Below, in pieces: positions 40,746 through 51,046 of a stretch of 64,000 bases of DNA. The first letter of the stretch is position 1. Each line of letters starts with the position of its first letter. This stretch comes from an uncultured Alphaproteobacteria bacterium. Lineage in GTDB: Bacteria > Pseudomonadota > Alphaproteobacteria > Rhizobiales > Rhizobiaceae. Position numbers and translations under genes: made by a program. The stretch spans positions 311,848-375,847 of the forward strand of contig CAWJVP010000004.1 of the NCBI GenBank assembly GCA_963846345.1. Direction: 5' to 3'. The notes under the pieces were generated by a model. It was not told where the DNA came from. It saw nothing but the letters and a program-made list of their open reading frames with translations, and did not search any database.

Positions 40746-41406
40746 GGCTTCCACCTCAGGAAATTGGCGATCAGCGGCAGGCCGAGCGTCTGGCTCTTTT
40801 CCGGGTGGAACTGCGTGCCGACCATGTTGTCGCGGCCGACGATGGCCGTCACCGGCGCCGCCATAGTCGGTGACGGCGACCAGGTCTGTCCGGCGTCTTG
40901 CGCGCACGAGATGATAGGAATGGACGAAATAGGCGTGCAGGCCGTCGTCGCCGGTCGGGATGCCGTGCGAACAGCGGATGCGGCTGCTTCACGTCAATCG
41001 TGTTCCAGCCCATCTGCGGGATCTTGAGCGCCGGGTCGGCGGGCGTGATCTCGACGCACGTCGCCCGCGATCCAGCCGAGCCCGTTCGTGACGGTCTTTT
41101 CCAGCCCGCGCGCCGACCATCAGCTGCATGCCGACGCAGATGCCGAGGAACGGGCCGGCCCTTGCGATCGACCGCTTCGCTGCAGCGCCTCGACCATGCC
41201 CGGCGACGGCGTCGCAGGCCGGCGCGGCAATCGGCAAAGGCGCCGACGCCCGGCAGCACGATGCGGTCGGCGGTGGCGCACGTCGTCGGCGTCGGCGGTC
41301 AGGACGATCTCGGCGTCGATGCCGCGCTTCGCGCGCCGCGCGCTCGAAGGCCTTGGTGGGCCGAGCGCAGATTGCCCGAGCCGTAGTCGATGATGGCGAC
41401 CCTCAT
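40742..41406 (-). pseudogene. hisH: Imidazole glycerol phosphate synthase glutamine amidotransferase subunit; frame breaks as sequenced
   Basis: [16 protein letters not shown] (tail of 41299..42720). Active-site context GICVGMQLM (40989..41237). C-terminus [16 protein letters not shown] hand-read. Confidence 0.9.
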
Positions 41407-41459
41407 TGCGCGAACGATACCGAGCGACCGGCTGATGCCGGCCTCGGCGGCGCGGGCGG

Positions 41460-41909
41460 TCAGCCGGCATAGCCGGGCGCCGGCGTGTGCGACGGTCGGG
41501 CACGATGGTTGTCCCGGCTCGGTGAAAGACGCGCAGTCTCCGCCTCGCCGGCATCTGCGCGGCATGCGACGGTCGCCGCCTCGCGCCAGCCGCGCCGCTG
41601 CCAGCCGCGGCGCGGACGAGCTCGCAGCCCTGCGACCGTCAGAGCGACACAGAGCGAAGGCAGCAGCGACAGCGGCGAGCAGGCCGTCGCCGACTGCGTC
41701 GCGCCGAGCACCGCCGATGCCGATCACGGCCAGCAGCGACACAGCGCCGACCTCGATACCAGAGCCGGTGCCACAGCAGCCAGAGCGGCGGGAACAGGAC
41801 AGCGCAAACAGCGAGAAGCCGTCGCGCGACGAAGCGCGCGTCCTCGCGACTTCCATCGGCGGCGATATGCCGTGCAGGCGGCCATGCGACTCATGACGCT
41901 GCTGCGCAT
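41460..41909 (-). pseudogene. Small membrane protein, DUF2628-like, between hisB and hisH; frame-broken as sequenced
   Basis: One minus frame reads REDARFV...[13 protein letters not shown] (codons at 41759..41797). Neighbouring frames give RDGFSLFAL and [17 protein letters not shown]. Boundaries are approximate. Confidence 0.45.
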
Positions 41910-41924
41910 TGCACAAGAACCGGC

Positions 41925-42527
41925 TCAGCCCGTCAGCGTGCCCTTGGTGGAGGGAATCGCGTCCGGCTGGCGCGGATCGATCTCGAGCGCGGCGCGCAGC
42001 GCGCGGGCCACCGCCTTGAAGCAGGTTTCGGCAATGTGATGGTTGTTGTCGCCATAGATGGTTCTGACATGCAGCGTGATGCCGGCATTCTGCGCGAAGG
42101 CCTGGAAGAATTCGCGCACCAGTTCGGTGTCGAATGTGCCGATCTTCGGCGCGGAGAACGTCGACGTTCCAGACCAGAAACGGCCGGCCCGAAACATCGA
42201 TCGCGGCGCGCGTCAGCGTCTCGTCCATGGCAAGGTCGAGCGAGGCATAGCGGCGGATGCCCTTGCGGTCGCCCAGCGCCTTCGCAATCGCCTGGCCCAG
42301 CGCGATGCCGGTATCTTCCACCGTGTGGTGGTCGTCGATGTGCAGGTCGCCCTTGGCCCTGACCGTCATGTCGATCAGCGAATGGCGCGAAAGCTGCTCC
42401 AGCATGTGGTCGAAAAAGCCGACGCCGGTCGGCGATGTCGAAGCGGCCGGTACCGTCGAGATTGACGGTGCACGGCGATCTCGGTTTCCTTGGTCTTGCG
42501 GTCGACGGCTGTGCGGTGCGCATGCAT
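41925..42527 (-). pseudogene. hisB: Imidazoleglycerol-phosphate dehydratase; frame breaks as sequenced
   Basis: [53 protein letters not shown] (41299..42720). [51 protein letters not shown] (41925..42197). Confidence 0.9.
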
Positions 42528-42731
42528 GGCATGGCCTTTCCTGCTGGCGGCTGCATAGCACGAGCTTCTGATAGCACCGCATGGTTGAAATAGTCATAAT
42601 GAGCACCCGGTCAATGCTGTACGCATTGCCGATTTGCAATTGCACGCAAAGCCGCCATACATAATCGGGATTCGTGCAGACTGTCGACTTGACGGACTTG
42701 CAACGAGGACAATGCGACAAGCGAACTGATC

Positions 42732-43277
42732 ATGCACGGCACGACCATCGTGACCGTGCGCAAGGGCGGCAAGGTGGTGATTGCCGGCGACGGCCAGGTG
42801 TCAGCCTCGGCCAGACCATCATGAAGGGCAATGCCCGCAAGGTGCGGCCGCATCGGCAAGGGCGGCAAGTGATCGCCGGATTTGCCGGCGCCACCGCCGA
42901 TGCCTTCACGCTGTTCGAGCGGCTCGAAGCCAAGCTCGAGCAGTATCCCGGACCAGCTGACGCGCGCCTGCGTCGAACTCGCCAAGGACTGGCGCACCGA
43001 CCGCTATCTGCGCCGCCTCGAGGCCATGATGATCGTCGCCGACAAGACGCGTGACGCTGGCGCTCACCGGCAACCGGCGACGTGCTGGAGCCGGAAGACG
43101 GCGTCATCGCCATCGGCTCGGGCGGCAATTATGCGCTGGCGGCGGCGCGCGCGCTTGCTCGATACCGACAAGGACGCCGAGGACGATCGCCGCGCAAGGC
43201 GATGAAGATCGCCGCGGAGATCTGCGTCTACACCAACGCGCAACGCTGATCGGTCGAGATCGCTCGATGCCGCTTGA
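42732..43277 (+). pseudogene. hslV: ATP-dependent protease subunit HslV; frame breaks as sequenced
   Basis: ATG 42732 gives [44 protein letters not shown] (42674..43054). [28 protein letters not shown] (42882..43205). The 3' end is approximate. Confidence 0.85.
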
Positions 43278-43792
43278 ACCTGCGCCATCGACTTTCCGCG
43301 CCGTGACCCGAAGCGACCTGCCCGCTGCTGCGAGCGCTGGCTCGCCGAGCCGCACTGTGCGGCGAATGGTGGGGCGAGCCCGGACACGAGCTCGGCGATT
43401 GATCCGCGACGTGGATCGAAGCGATGACCGATCGAGCCGATGATCGCTGAGCATCAACGGCGAGCCGATCGCCTATATCCAGACCTGGTGATCCGCATCT
43501 GGAGAGACGGGCATCCCTATCCAGGACCAGCCGACCGGCACGCTCGGCATCGACATTTCGATCGGCGACGCCGGACCATGCTGCGGCAGGGCCATGGCGC
43601 TGCGACTCTTGGCCGGCCTTTCGCAGCATGCTACTTCGACGAAGGCGCGCCGCGCCTGGTCATCGACCCCGATCCGCGCAAGACCGCGCGATCGCGCCTG
43701 CATGCAAGGCCGGCTTCGACGCCGTATGCCTGACGCGAAACGCCGATCTGGTCCGGCCATGCTGCTGGCGCTCGACAATGACGAACTGCTGA
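43267..43792 (+). pseudogene. GNAT-family acetyltransferase candidate inserted between hslV and hslU; frame-broken as sequenced
   Basis: MPLEPAPSTFRAVTRSDLP (43051..43443) and FDEGAPRLVIDPDP (43440..43733). The size and position fit a roughly 170-aa acetyltransferase. The call is tentative. Confidence 0.45.
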
Positions 43793-43804
43793 AAGAAGAC
43801 GATC

Positions 43805-45120
43805 ATGACCAATTTTTCCCCCCGCGAGATCGTCTCCGAGCTCGACCGCTACATCATCGGCCAGAACGACGCCAAGCGCGCCGTCGCCATCGCGCTGCGC
43901 AACCGCTGGCGCCGCCAGCAGCTCACCGGCCCGATGCGCGAGGAGGTGCTGCCGAAGAACATCCTGATGATCGGGCCGACCGGCGTCGGCAAGACCGAGA
44001 TTTCGCGCCGCCTGGCCAAGCTCGCCGGCGCGCCCTTCCTCAAGGTCGAGGCGACCAAGTTCACCGAGGTCGGCTATGTCGGCCGCGACGTCGAGCAGAT
44101 CGTCCGCGATCTGGTCGAGGTCGGCATCGGCTTGTGCGCGAACAGAAGCGCGAAGGAGGTGAAGGCCAAGGCCGCATCATGAACGCCGAGGAGCGCGTGC
44201 TGGACGCGCTGGTCGGGCAACGACCGCAAGCCCGGCGACGCGCGATAGCTTCCGCAAGAAGCTGCGCAACAGCGAACTCGACGACAAGGAAATCGAGATC
44301 GAGGTCGCCGACTGCGGGCAATCCGATGGCGGCTTCGAGATTCCCGGCATGCCCGGCGCCAGTATCGGCGTGATCAACATCACCGACATGCTGGGCAAGG
44401 CCTTCGGCCAGCGCACCAAGACGCGGCGCACCACGCGTCAAGGACGCGCTACGAGCTGCTGATCGCCGAGGAAACCGACAAGCTGCTCGACCAGGAGCAG
44501 ATGGCAGCGGAAGCGATCTGCGTCGGTCGAGAACAACGGCATCGTCTTCCTCGACGAGATCGACAAGATCGCCGCCCGCGAGGGCCGCATGCGGCGGCGG
44601 CGTCTCGCGCGAAGGCGTGCAGCGCGACCTGCTGCCGCTGATCGAGGGCACGACGGTCGCGACCAAGCACGGGCCGGTGAAGACCGACCACATCCTGTTC
44701 ATCGCGTCGGGCGCCTTCCACGTCGCCAAGCCGTCGGACCTGCTGCCCGAACTGCAGGGCCGCCTGCCGATCCGCGTCGAGCTGCGCGCGCTGACGCGCG
44801 AGGACTTCCGCCGCATCCTGACCGAGCCCGAGGCGAGCCTCATCAAGCAATACGTGGCGCTGATGGCGACCGAGGGCGTGACGCTCGAGTTCACCGACGA
44901 CGCCATCGACGCGCTCGCCGACATCGCCGTCGATCTCAACTCGACCGTCGAGAACATCGGCGCGCGGCGGTTGCAGACCGTGATGGAGCGGGTGCTCGAC
45001 GAGATTTCGTTCAGCGCGCCGGACCAGGGCGGCAGCAAGCTGGTGATCGACGCCGACTACGTGCGCAAGCATGTCGGCGATATCGCGAGCAACACCGACC
45101 TGTCGCGTTTCATACTTTGA
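43805..45120 (+). pseudogene. hslU: ATP-dependent protease ATPase subunit HslU; frame breaks in the middle as sequenced
   Basis: [40 protein letters not shown]...[53 protein letters not shown] (43805..44182). [55 protein letters not shown] (44617..45120). Confidence 0.9.
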
Positions 45121-45219
45121 CTTCGTGCCCCGAGCCTCGACTCGCCCGATTGTTTGGGGCATGTTCGCCGCGCGCCGCGCCCCTTCGCAGCGTCACCTGA
45201 AACGGACCAGCCGATCGAC

Positions 45220-46168
45220 ATGATACCGCGCAGACCCGCCAGCCTGTTCGCCGCCCTTGCCTTTGCCTGGCTCTTTCTCGTCCCGCCGCCGGCAGGCGCG
45301 CTTGAAGCCGTGCCGCCCGGCAACCGCAATGCCGAGCAGCCGCAGGTTCCGGCCGCCGCCGTTACGCGGACCAAGAAGACCAAGAGCACGTTTCGAGGCG
45401 AAGTACGAGAAAATCCGCGACCTGATCGCGCGGGACAAGAAGCTGCAGCAGAAGATCAAGACCGCGGCCAAGCGATACGGCATCGCCCCGATCCACATCG
45501 TCGGGGCCCTGGTCGGCGAACACACCTACAATGTCGACGCCTTCGACAATCTCCAGACCTACCTCGTCAAGGCGGCGTCGTATCTGGGCTCCGACCTTGC
45601 CTTCCAGCATGACGGCGAGAAGGTGCTGGACTTCGTCGCCCGGCCGGAATTTGCCGAGTGCGAAGCCATGGCCGGCAGCTACGATCAGTGGTCGTGCCGC
45701 GAGGCGGTCTGGCAAAGGAGTTTCCGCGGCAAGAACACCGGCGGCAAGGACTGGCCCAACGACCGGTTCGGGCGCGTCTTCTTCCAGCCGCTCTATGCCG
45801 GGCAGACCTTCGGCCTGGGCCAGCTCAATCCGCTCACCGCCCTGCAGGTCAACGACATGGTCGTGAAGGTCAGCCGGCTAAAGCCGCTGAATGCGGCAAA
45901 GGCGCCGGAGGTCTACAAGGCGATCATGGACCCCGATTCAACCCTTCAGTACATGGCGGCGGTGATCCGGACCTCGATCGACGCCTATGCCGAGATCGCC
46001 GGCTACGACATTTCGGCAAATCCCGGCATTACCGCCACGCTCTACAATCTGGGCGATGTGCGCATGCGCGCGGCGGAAGCGAAGAGCCGGGGCACCATGC
46101 CGCAGGAAAATTACTACGGCTGGCTGGTCAACGACAAGCTCGCCGAACTGGAGCCGCTGGTCCGCTAG
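45220..46168 (+). pseudogene. Secreted conserved protein of unknown function (DUF1402-like); one frame slip at the TTT run 45391..45393
   Basis: Signal peptide MIPRRPASLFAALAFAWLFLVPPPAGA (45154..45612 frame), then EAKYEKIRDLIARDKKLQQKIKTAAKRYGIAPIHIVGALVGEHTYNVDAF...FGLGQLNPLTA...ATLYNLGD (45257..46168). Confidence 0.55.
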
Positions 46169-46536
46169 CGCTTGCGCCTTTGCGACCGGCGCTTCACCTC
46201 GAAGACCAGATCGGCAAGGTCTTCGTTCGACAGCAAGCGAATGCGCTCGGAAACGAGGTTGGCGAATTCGGTCGCCTCGGGCGAAAGCCCGGACGTATCC
46301 ACGACGATGCGCGGATGGGAAATGCGCGCCAGTTCCAGCAGTTCGTCGGCATCGTCCCAGATGACATTGAAATAGGCGATTACGCGCTGGATGAATTCCC
46401 AGCCGGGCCGCCCGCGCCGGCCGTTTTCAAGTGCCGAAAGCCAGGCGGCGGAGACCCCGAGCGCGGCTGCCATTTCCTTCTGGCTCACGCCCTTTGCGGT
46501 GCGCAATTCGCGAACCCGGCGGCCGAAAGGCGTCAC
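46165..46536 (-). CDS. XRE-family helix-turn-helix transcriptional regulator
   Basis: Intact ORF. HTH LRTAKGVSQKEMAAALGVSAAWLSALENG. The start overlaps the smr stop by 4 nt. Confidence 0.75.
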   Translation of the reverse strand: MTPFGRRVRELRTAKGVSQKEMAAALGVSAAWLSALENGRRGRPGWEFIQRVIAYFNVIWDDADELLELARISHPRIVVDTSGLSPEATEFANLVSERIRLLSNEDLADLVFEVKRRSQRRKR

Positions 46537-47117
46537 GGCCTGCCCTCGCGGCGGATGCGCAGATACAGCGCGCCCTCGCCGCCATGGGCCGGATGAGCCC
46601 GGCGGAACCCGCCGACCAGCGGCTTGAAGGCCGGTTCGGCAAACCAGAGCGGAACGGCGCGGCGCAGCACGCCTTCGCCCGCCTTGCCCTTGCCGGTGAT
46701 GACGAGCACGATGCGCGAATCAAGCCGCTGCTCGGCTTTGACGAAACGCAGGAGCGCGTCATGGGCGGCAGCTTCCGTCATGCCGTGCAAGTCTATGCGC
46801 GCGTCTATCTCCAGCCTGCCCTTGCGCAGCTTCTTGATCGTTACGTCATCCAGCGAGGGAACGCCCGCCGGCGCGATCTTCGGCGTCGAGACGGGTGGCA
46901 CATAGGCCGGCAGGAACGGCTTGACCGGCGAAGCCGCGGGGAAGACAGGTCTTTTCGGCGATGCCGCTGCCGGCGGTGAGGCAAGTTCGCCGGGATGTTC
47001 GATCCATTCCTCGATATCGCTCTCGACGGCCTTGCCCGGCAGAGGCGTCACCGAATCGCGGATGCGGTTCCACAACTGCCGGTCTTCCTCGCTCAAGGTC
47101 CGCTTGCGCCGGCTCAT
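46533..47117 (-). CDS. Smr/MutS2-type small nuclease domain protein
   Basis: Intact ORF. Smr domain IDLHGMTEAAAHDALLRFV...VLVITGKGKAGEGVLRRAVPLWF. The start overlaps the mltA stop by 4 nt. Confidence 0.8.
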   Translation of the reverse strand: MSRRKRTLSEEDRQLWNRIRDSVTPLPGKAVESDIEEWIEHPGELASPPAAASPKRPVFPAASPVKPFLPAYVPPVSTPKIAPAGVPSLDDVTIKKLRKGRLEIDARIDLHGMTEAAAHDALLRFVKAEQRLDSRIVLVITGKGKAGEGVLRRAVPLWFAEPAFKPLVGGFRRAHPAHGGEGALYLRIRREGRP

Positions 47118-48217
47118 CGCGGCGGTTCCTGCATGCGCGGCAGGAGGATCGTGAAATCGGCAGTATGCTTGACCGCGCCGGCCAGCGTTCCAGCCTCACG
47201 GCCGGAGCCGATGAAAAGGTCGCCGCGCGCCGGACCGATGATGGCCGAACCCGTGTCCTGCGCGACCATCAGCCGTTGGAACGGCGCGGCCTGCCCTGGA
47301 AGGGCTTCGCGCGTGGAAACGAAGACGGGGGTGCCGAAGGTGTGCAGGCGATGGTCGATGGCAAGGCTGCGTCCCGGTGTCAGCGCGACGCCTGCGGCGG
47401 CAACCGGCCCCAGATCCGGGTTCTCCTGTTCGGTTCGCTGGAAGAAGATGAAGGAGCGGTTGCGGTTCATCAGTTCGCGCGCCCCAGCCTCATCGGCAAG
47501 CAGCCATTGCCGGATCGAATCCATCGTCACCGCCTCGCGGGTGAGGTGACCATTGGCGACCAGCCATGCACCGATCGGCGTGAAGGGATGTCCGCTCTTG
47601 CCGGCATAGGAGATGCGCCAGACTTCGCCATCCGGCATCACCAGCCGGGCGGAACCCTGGATGTGGACGAAGAAGCCGTCGACCGGGCTTTCGATATAGG
47701 CAAGTTCCAGTCCCTTGCCGGAAAGCGCACCGGCCTCGATGGCGGCCCGGTCATGATATTCCGCGAATCCGTCCTCCGTACGCCGCGCGAACATGAAGGA
47801 CGGATCGAGCCCTGCGGGACGGGTCGCGTCGTCGATGTCGGCGAGATCCGGTGGCCGGGTGTAGAGTGGATAGGCGAACCGGGTGGTGCGAACCGGAGAT
47901 GCTTGCAGTTCCGGCTCGAAATACCCCGTCACGAAGCCGCTGCCGGAGGACGGCGTCACCCGGAAGGGCCGGAAGTGTTCCTCGAAGAACGCTCTTGCGC
48001 GAATCGCGGATGCCGGCTGCGCCAACGCGATTTCGCCAATTTCGGCCAGTGCCGGTCCCGATACACCGAGCGCCTTGGTCGTGTAGGGCCGGACGGCGGT
48101 GCGGCGCGCGCTCATCCGGAAGCAGGCCAGCGCCGCGTCGTGGTCGTCCGCTTTCCAGCCTTCGACCGCGTCGAATTCAATTGCCGTCAGGATTGCGGGC
48201 GGCGCATCGCCGGTCAT
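47114..48217 (-). CDS. mltA: Murein transglycosylase A
   Basis: ORF 47114..48292, intact; probable start at 48217. VAQDTGSAIIGPARGDLFIGSG (3D domain) and YFEPELQAS...GSARL pieces typical of MltA. Confidence 0.8.
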   Translation of the reverse strand: MTGDAPPAILTAIEFDAVEGWKADDHDAALACFRMSARRTAVRPYTTKALGVSGPALAEIGEIALAQPASAIRARAFFEEHFRPFRVTPSSGSGFVTGYFEPELQASPVRTTRFAYPLYTRPPDLADIDDATRPAGLDPSFMFARRTEDGFAEYHDRAAIEAGALSGKGLELAYIESPVDGFFVHIQGSARLVMPDGEVWRISYAGKSGHPFTPIGAWLVANGHLTREAVTMDSIRQWLLADEAGARELMNRNRSFIFFQRTEQENPDLGPVAAAGVALTPGRSLAIDHRLHTFGTPVFVSTREALPGQAAPFQRLMVAQDTGSAIIGPARGDLFIGSGREAGTLAGAVKHTADFTILLPRMQEPPR

Positions 48218-48236
48218 GGGCGCCAGCCTTGCCGGA

Positions 48237-48971
48237 TCAGGAACCGGCTTCGGTCGCGACGAGCTTCCAGTTCGGGTCCTTCGAGCGCACATCGCGCGCG
48301 AAAGTCCACACGTCGGTCACTTCCGCCACCTGTTCGGGATCGCCCTCTATCAAGCTTCCGTCCGCTGCGTGGGTCGAGGACACGATCTGGCTGACGAAGC
48401 GGACCGTGACCTGCGCATCGCTGCGAAGAAGCTCGGCGCCGACGATCTTGGCGGAATCGATGCCGACGAAGGACGAGCGAACCTGCTCCCCCTTCGTTTC
48501 GCGTTCGGTGATGGCTGCGGAGAAACCGTCATAGACTTCGCGCGAGAGCAAATTGCGCAGAGCCTTGCGATCGCCATCGGCAAAGGCCGTGACGATCATC
48601 TCGTAGGCCATCTTCGCGCCGTCGATGAAGGAGCCGGGCTCGAAGGCCGGGTCGGCTGCGACGATCTCGCGAAGGCCGGTGTTGAGCTTGGTGCCAGGCT
48701 TGGCCAGTTCGTCCACCACGGCTTCGGCGCGCGTTACGATCCGGCCTTCGTCGGCAACGCCATCCTTGGCTCCGCGCCGGGGCAATGTCACGATGTTGTC
48801 GCGGGAAGCCTTGGCAGGCCTGCGTGCGCCCGGAAGCTCTCCCGCATCGCGCGGATCAAGCGGCGGCGGCTGGTGTCCGGTGCGCTTTCCCAGCACCGAG
48901 CGCAGGCGAAAGAAGATGAATACCGCTATCGCAAGCGTCACCAGCGTGGTCAGGTCTTCAAAAATGCTCAT
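48237..48971 (-). CDS. Tim44-like domain protein (alphaproteobacterial TimA-type)
   Basis: ORF 48237..49037; probable start at 48971. N-terminal TM TTLVTLAIAVFIFFRL, then the Tim44-like C-domain GSFIDGAKMAYEMIVTAFADGDRKALRNLLSREVYDGF...WTFARD. Confidence 0.75.
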   Translation of the reverse strand: MSIFEDLTTLVTLAIAVFIFFRLRSVLGKRTGHQPPPLDPRDAGELPGARRPAKASRDNIVTLPRRGAKDGVADEGRIVTRAEAVVDELAKPGTKLNTGLREIVAADPAFEPGSFIDGAKMAYEMIVTAFADGDRKALRNLLSREVYDGFSAAITERETKGEQVRSSFVGIDSAKIVGAELLRSDAQVTVRFVSQIVSSTHAADGSLIEGDPEQVAEVTDVWTFARDVRSKDPNWKLVATEAGS

Positions 48972-49115
48972 GGTGGGTGGCAGATCCCTTTTGTCCAACT
49001 GATATAGTCGCTTTGGCAAAAGTTTCAAAGCAGGCATTCAACAGCCGCGTCCAATACCCCATTTAGGTGTTTTGTATGGCAGCGCGCCGCGTCGCCATCG
49101 GCGCCGGAGCAAACC

Positions 49116-49619
49116 ATGCCGCTATCGCTTTTGCCTTTCCTCTTCCTGGCCGTGCCGCTGACGGAGATCGTGGTGTTTCTCATCGTCGGCAGCCAGATCG
49201 GCGTGCTGATGACGATCCAGCTTGTGCTGCTGACCGCCGCCGCCGGCGCAATCCTGCTTCGCTACCAGGGCCTTGGCGTGCTTTCGCGCATCCGCGCGCA
49301 GCTCGACGCCGGCCAGCTTCCGGGACGCGACCTCGGCAATGGCGCGATGATCCTTGCCGCGGGCGTGCTGTTGCTAACGCCGGGCTTTGTCACCGACACG
49401 ATCGGCCTTCTCTTGTTCATTCCGCCGGTTCGCGAGAGCATCTGGCGCTTCCTGTCATCGCGCGCGAGCGTGGTTGCCGGATTTGGCGGACCCCGCGGCC
49501 GGCCGGGCGGCAAGGCGCAGCGCGACGGCGTGGTCGATCTTGAGCCGGACGAATTCACGGTTCGCGAGCCGGGCGCGCGAAAGCCCGGCGATTCGCCCTG
49601 GATCGACCGCGAGCGGTAG
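49116..49619 (+). CDS. fxsA: FxsA family membrane protein
   Basis: Intact ORF. LLPFLFLAVPLTEIVVFLIVGSQIGVLMTI...LLLTPGFVTDTIGLLLFIPPVRE. Confidence 0.8.
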   Translation: MPLSLLPFLFLAVPLTEIVVFLIVGSQIGVLMTIQLVLLTAAAGAILLRYQGLGVLSRIRAQLDAGQLPGRDLGNGAMILAAGVLLLTPGFVTDTIGLLLFIPPVRESIWRFLSSRASVVAGFGGPRGRPGGKAQRDGVVDLEPDEFTVREPGARKPGDSPWIDRER

Positions 49620-49748
49620 GCCGCGCGCGCCTTTCGCCGATCTTGTTTGCGTCCGGTTGACGTGCTAGCGAGCCGCAACGCAACAGGCGGCGGCTCGGCC
49701 CGGGCTAGATTTCCGGGCTTGCCGCGCTCGCAGGACAGGTAAGCGCAG

Positions 49749-50255
49749 ATGGCCAAGACCCCGACCCCGAAAGAAGACAACGGCGCGGCCCAGCCGCAAC
49801 AGCAGCCGCCGATGCTGAGCGTTTTGGCGCAATACATCAAGGACTTCTCGTTCGAGAACCCGAATGCGCCCGGCTCCCTGCGTCCCCGCGAGGCTTCGCC
49901 GGAAATCAACATCAACATCAATGTCAGCGCCAATGCGATCACGCAGAACGACTTCGAGGTCGTGCTGCAGCTCGAGGCATCGGCGAAGGACTCAAAGGCC
50001 GGCGACAGCAAGCCCGTCGTCTTCAACGCCGAACTTTCCTATGGCGGCGTGTTCCGCATCCAGGGCATTCCGCAGGAAGCCATGCAGGCCGCTCTGCTCA
50101 TCGAGTGCCCGCGGCTGCTGTTCCCCTTCGCCCGCCAGATCATCGCCGACGCCACCCGCAATGGCGGGTTCCCGCCGCTGATGATCGACCCGATCGACTT
50201 TGCGCGGCTTTACCAGTCGCGGATGGCCGAGCAGGCAAAAGCCAAGACAAACTGA
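49749..50255 (+). CDS. secB: Protein-export chaperone SecB
   Basis: Intact [22 protein letters not shown]...[34 protein letters not shown]. Confidence 0.9.
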   Translation: MAKTPTPKEDNGAAQPQQQPPMLSVLAQYIKDFSFENPNAPGSLRPREASPEINININVSANAITQNDFEVVLQLEASAKDSKAGDSKPVVFNAELSYGGVFRIQGIPQEAMQAALLIECPRLLFPFARQIIADATRNGGFPPLMIDPIDFARLYQSRMAEQAKAKTN

Positions 50256-50259
50256 TTTT

Positions 50260-50967
50260 TCAGGACGGGTAGCGCTTCCAGACCGCGCCCTCGCCGAGGG
50301 TGGCGATGAAGGCCGCATGCCGCTGGATGGTTTCGGCATCGAGGCGCGGCGCCAGCGGTACGAGCCGCTGCCTGCGGGCCGAGATCACGATTTCGCTCTC
50401 GCCCGTCACGGATATTGACGCAGTAGCGGCGGTATCGAGCACCAGCGCCGCCTGCTTGCCGCCGATCAGCTCGATATAGACCTCGGCAAGAAGTTCGGCG
50501 TCGAGCAGCGCCCCGTGGCGCGTGCGGTGCGAATTGTCGATGCCGTAGCGAGCGCACAGCGCGTCCAGCGAATTGGGACCCATGGGATGCTTGCGGCGCG
50601 CAAGCTGCAGCGTATCGAGGACGCGCTCGCCCGCAACGGGCGGTTGGCCGAGGCGCGCCAGCTCGGCGTTGATGAACCCCATGTCGAACGAGGCGTTGTG
50701 GGCAACCAGCCGCGCGCCGTCGATGAAGCCGGCAAAATCCGCCGCGATCGCCTGGAATACCGGCTTGTCGGACAGGAACTCGTCGGTGATGCCGTGCACG
50801 CGCAAGGCGTCGGGATGAACCTTGCGGCCATCGGGATTGATGTAGACGTGAAAGCTGCGGCCGGTGGGGAAGCCGTTCTCAAGCTCCACCGCGCCGATCT
50901 CGATGACGCGATCGCCGCTGTCCGGGCTCAGACCCGTGGTTTCGGTATCGAAGATGATTTCGCGCAT
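50260..50967 (-). CDS. dnaQ: DNA polymerase III epsilon subunit (3'-5' exonuclease)
   Basis: Within ORF 50260..51102; start at 50967. Exo motifs MREIIFDTETTGL, LVAHNASFDMGFINAEL and HGALLDAELLAEVYIEL. Confidence 0.9.
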   Translation of the reverse strand: MREIIFDTETTGLSPDSGDRVIEIGAVELENGFPTGRSFHVYINPDGRKVHPDALRVHGITDEFLSDKPVFQAIAADFAGFIDGARLVAHNASFDMGFINAELARLGQPPVAGERVLDTLQLARRKHPMGPNSLDALCARYGIDNSHRTRHGALLDAELLAEVYIELIGGKQAALVLDTAATASISVTGESEIVISARRQRLVPLAPRLDAETIQRHAAFIATLGEGAVWKRYPS

Positions 50968-51046
50968 GGTTTCCCGGCTCTCGACCTTGCGCGATTCTGG
51001 CTGATTTGCCCGGCCCGGGGCAACCGGAAATGCAGGTTTTCCCGCT

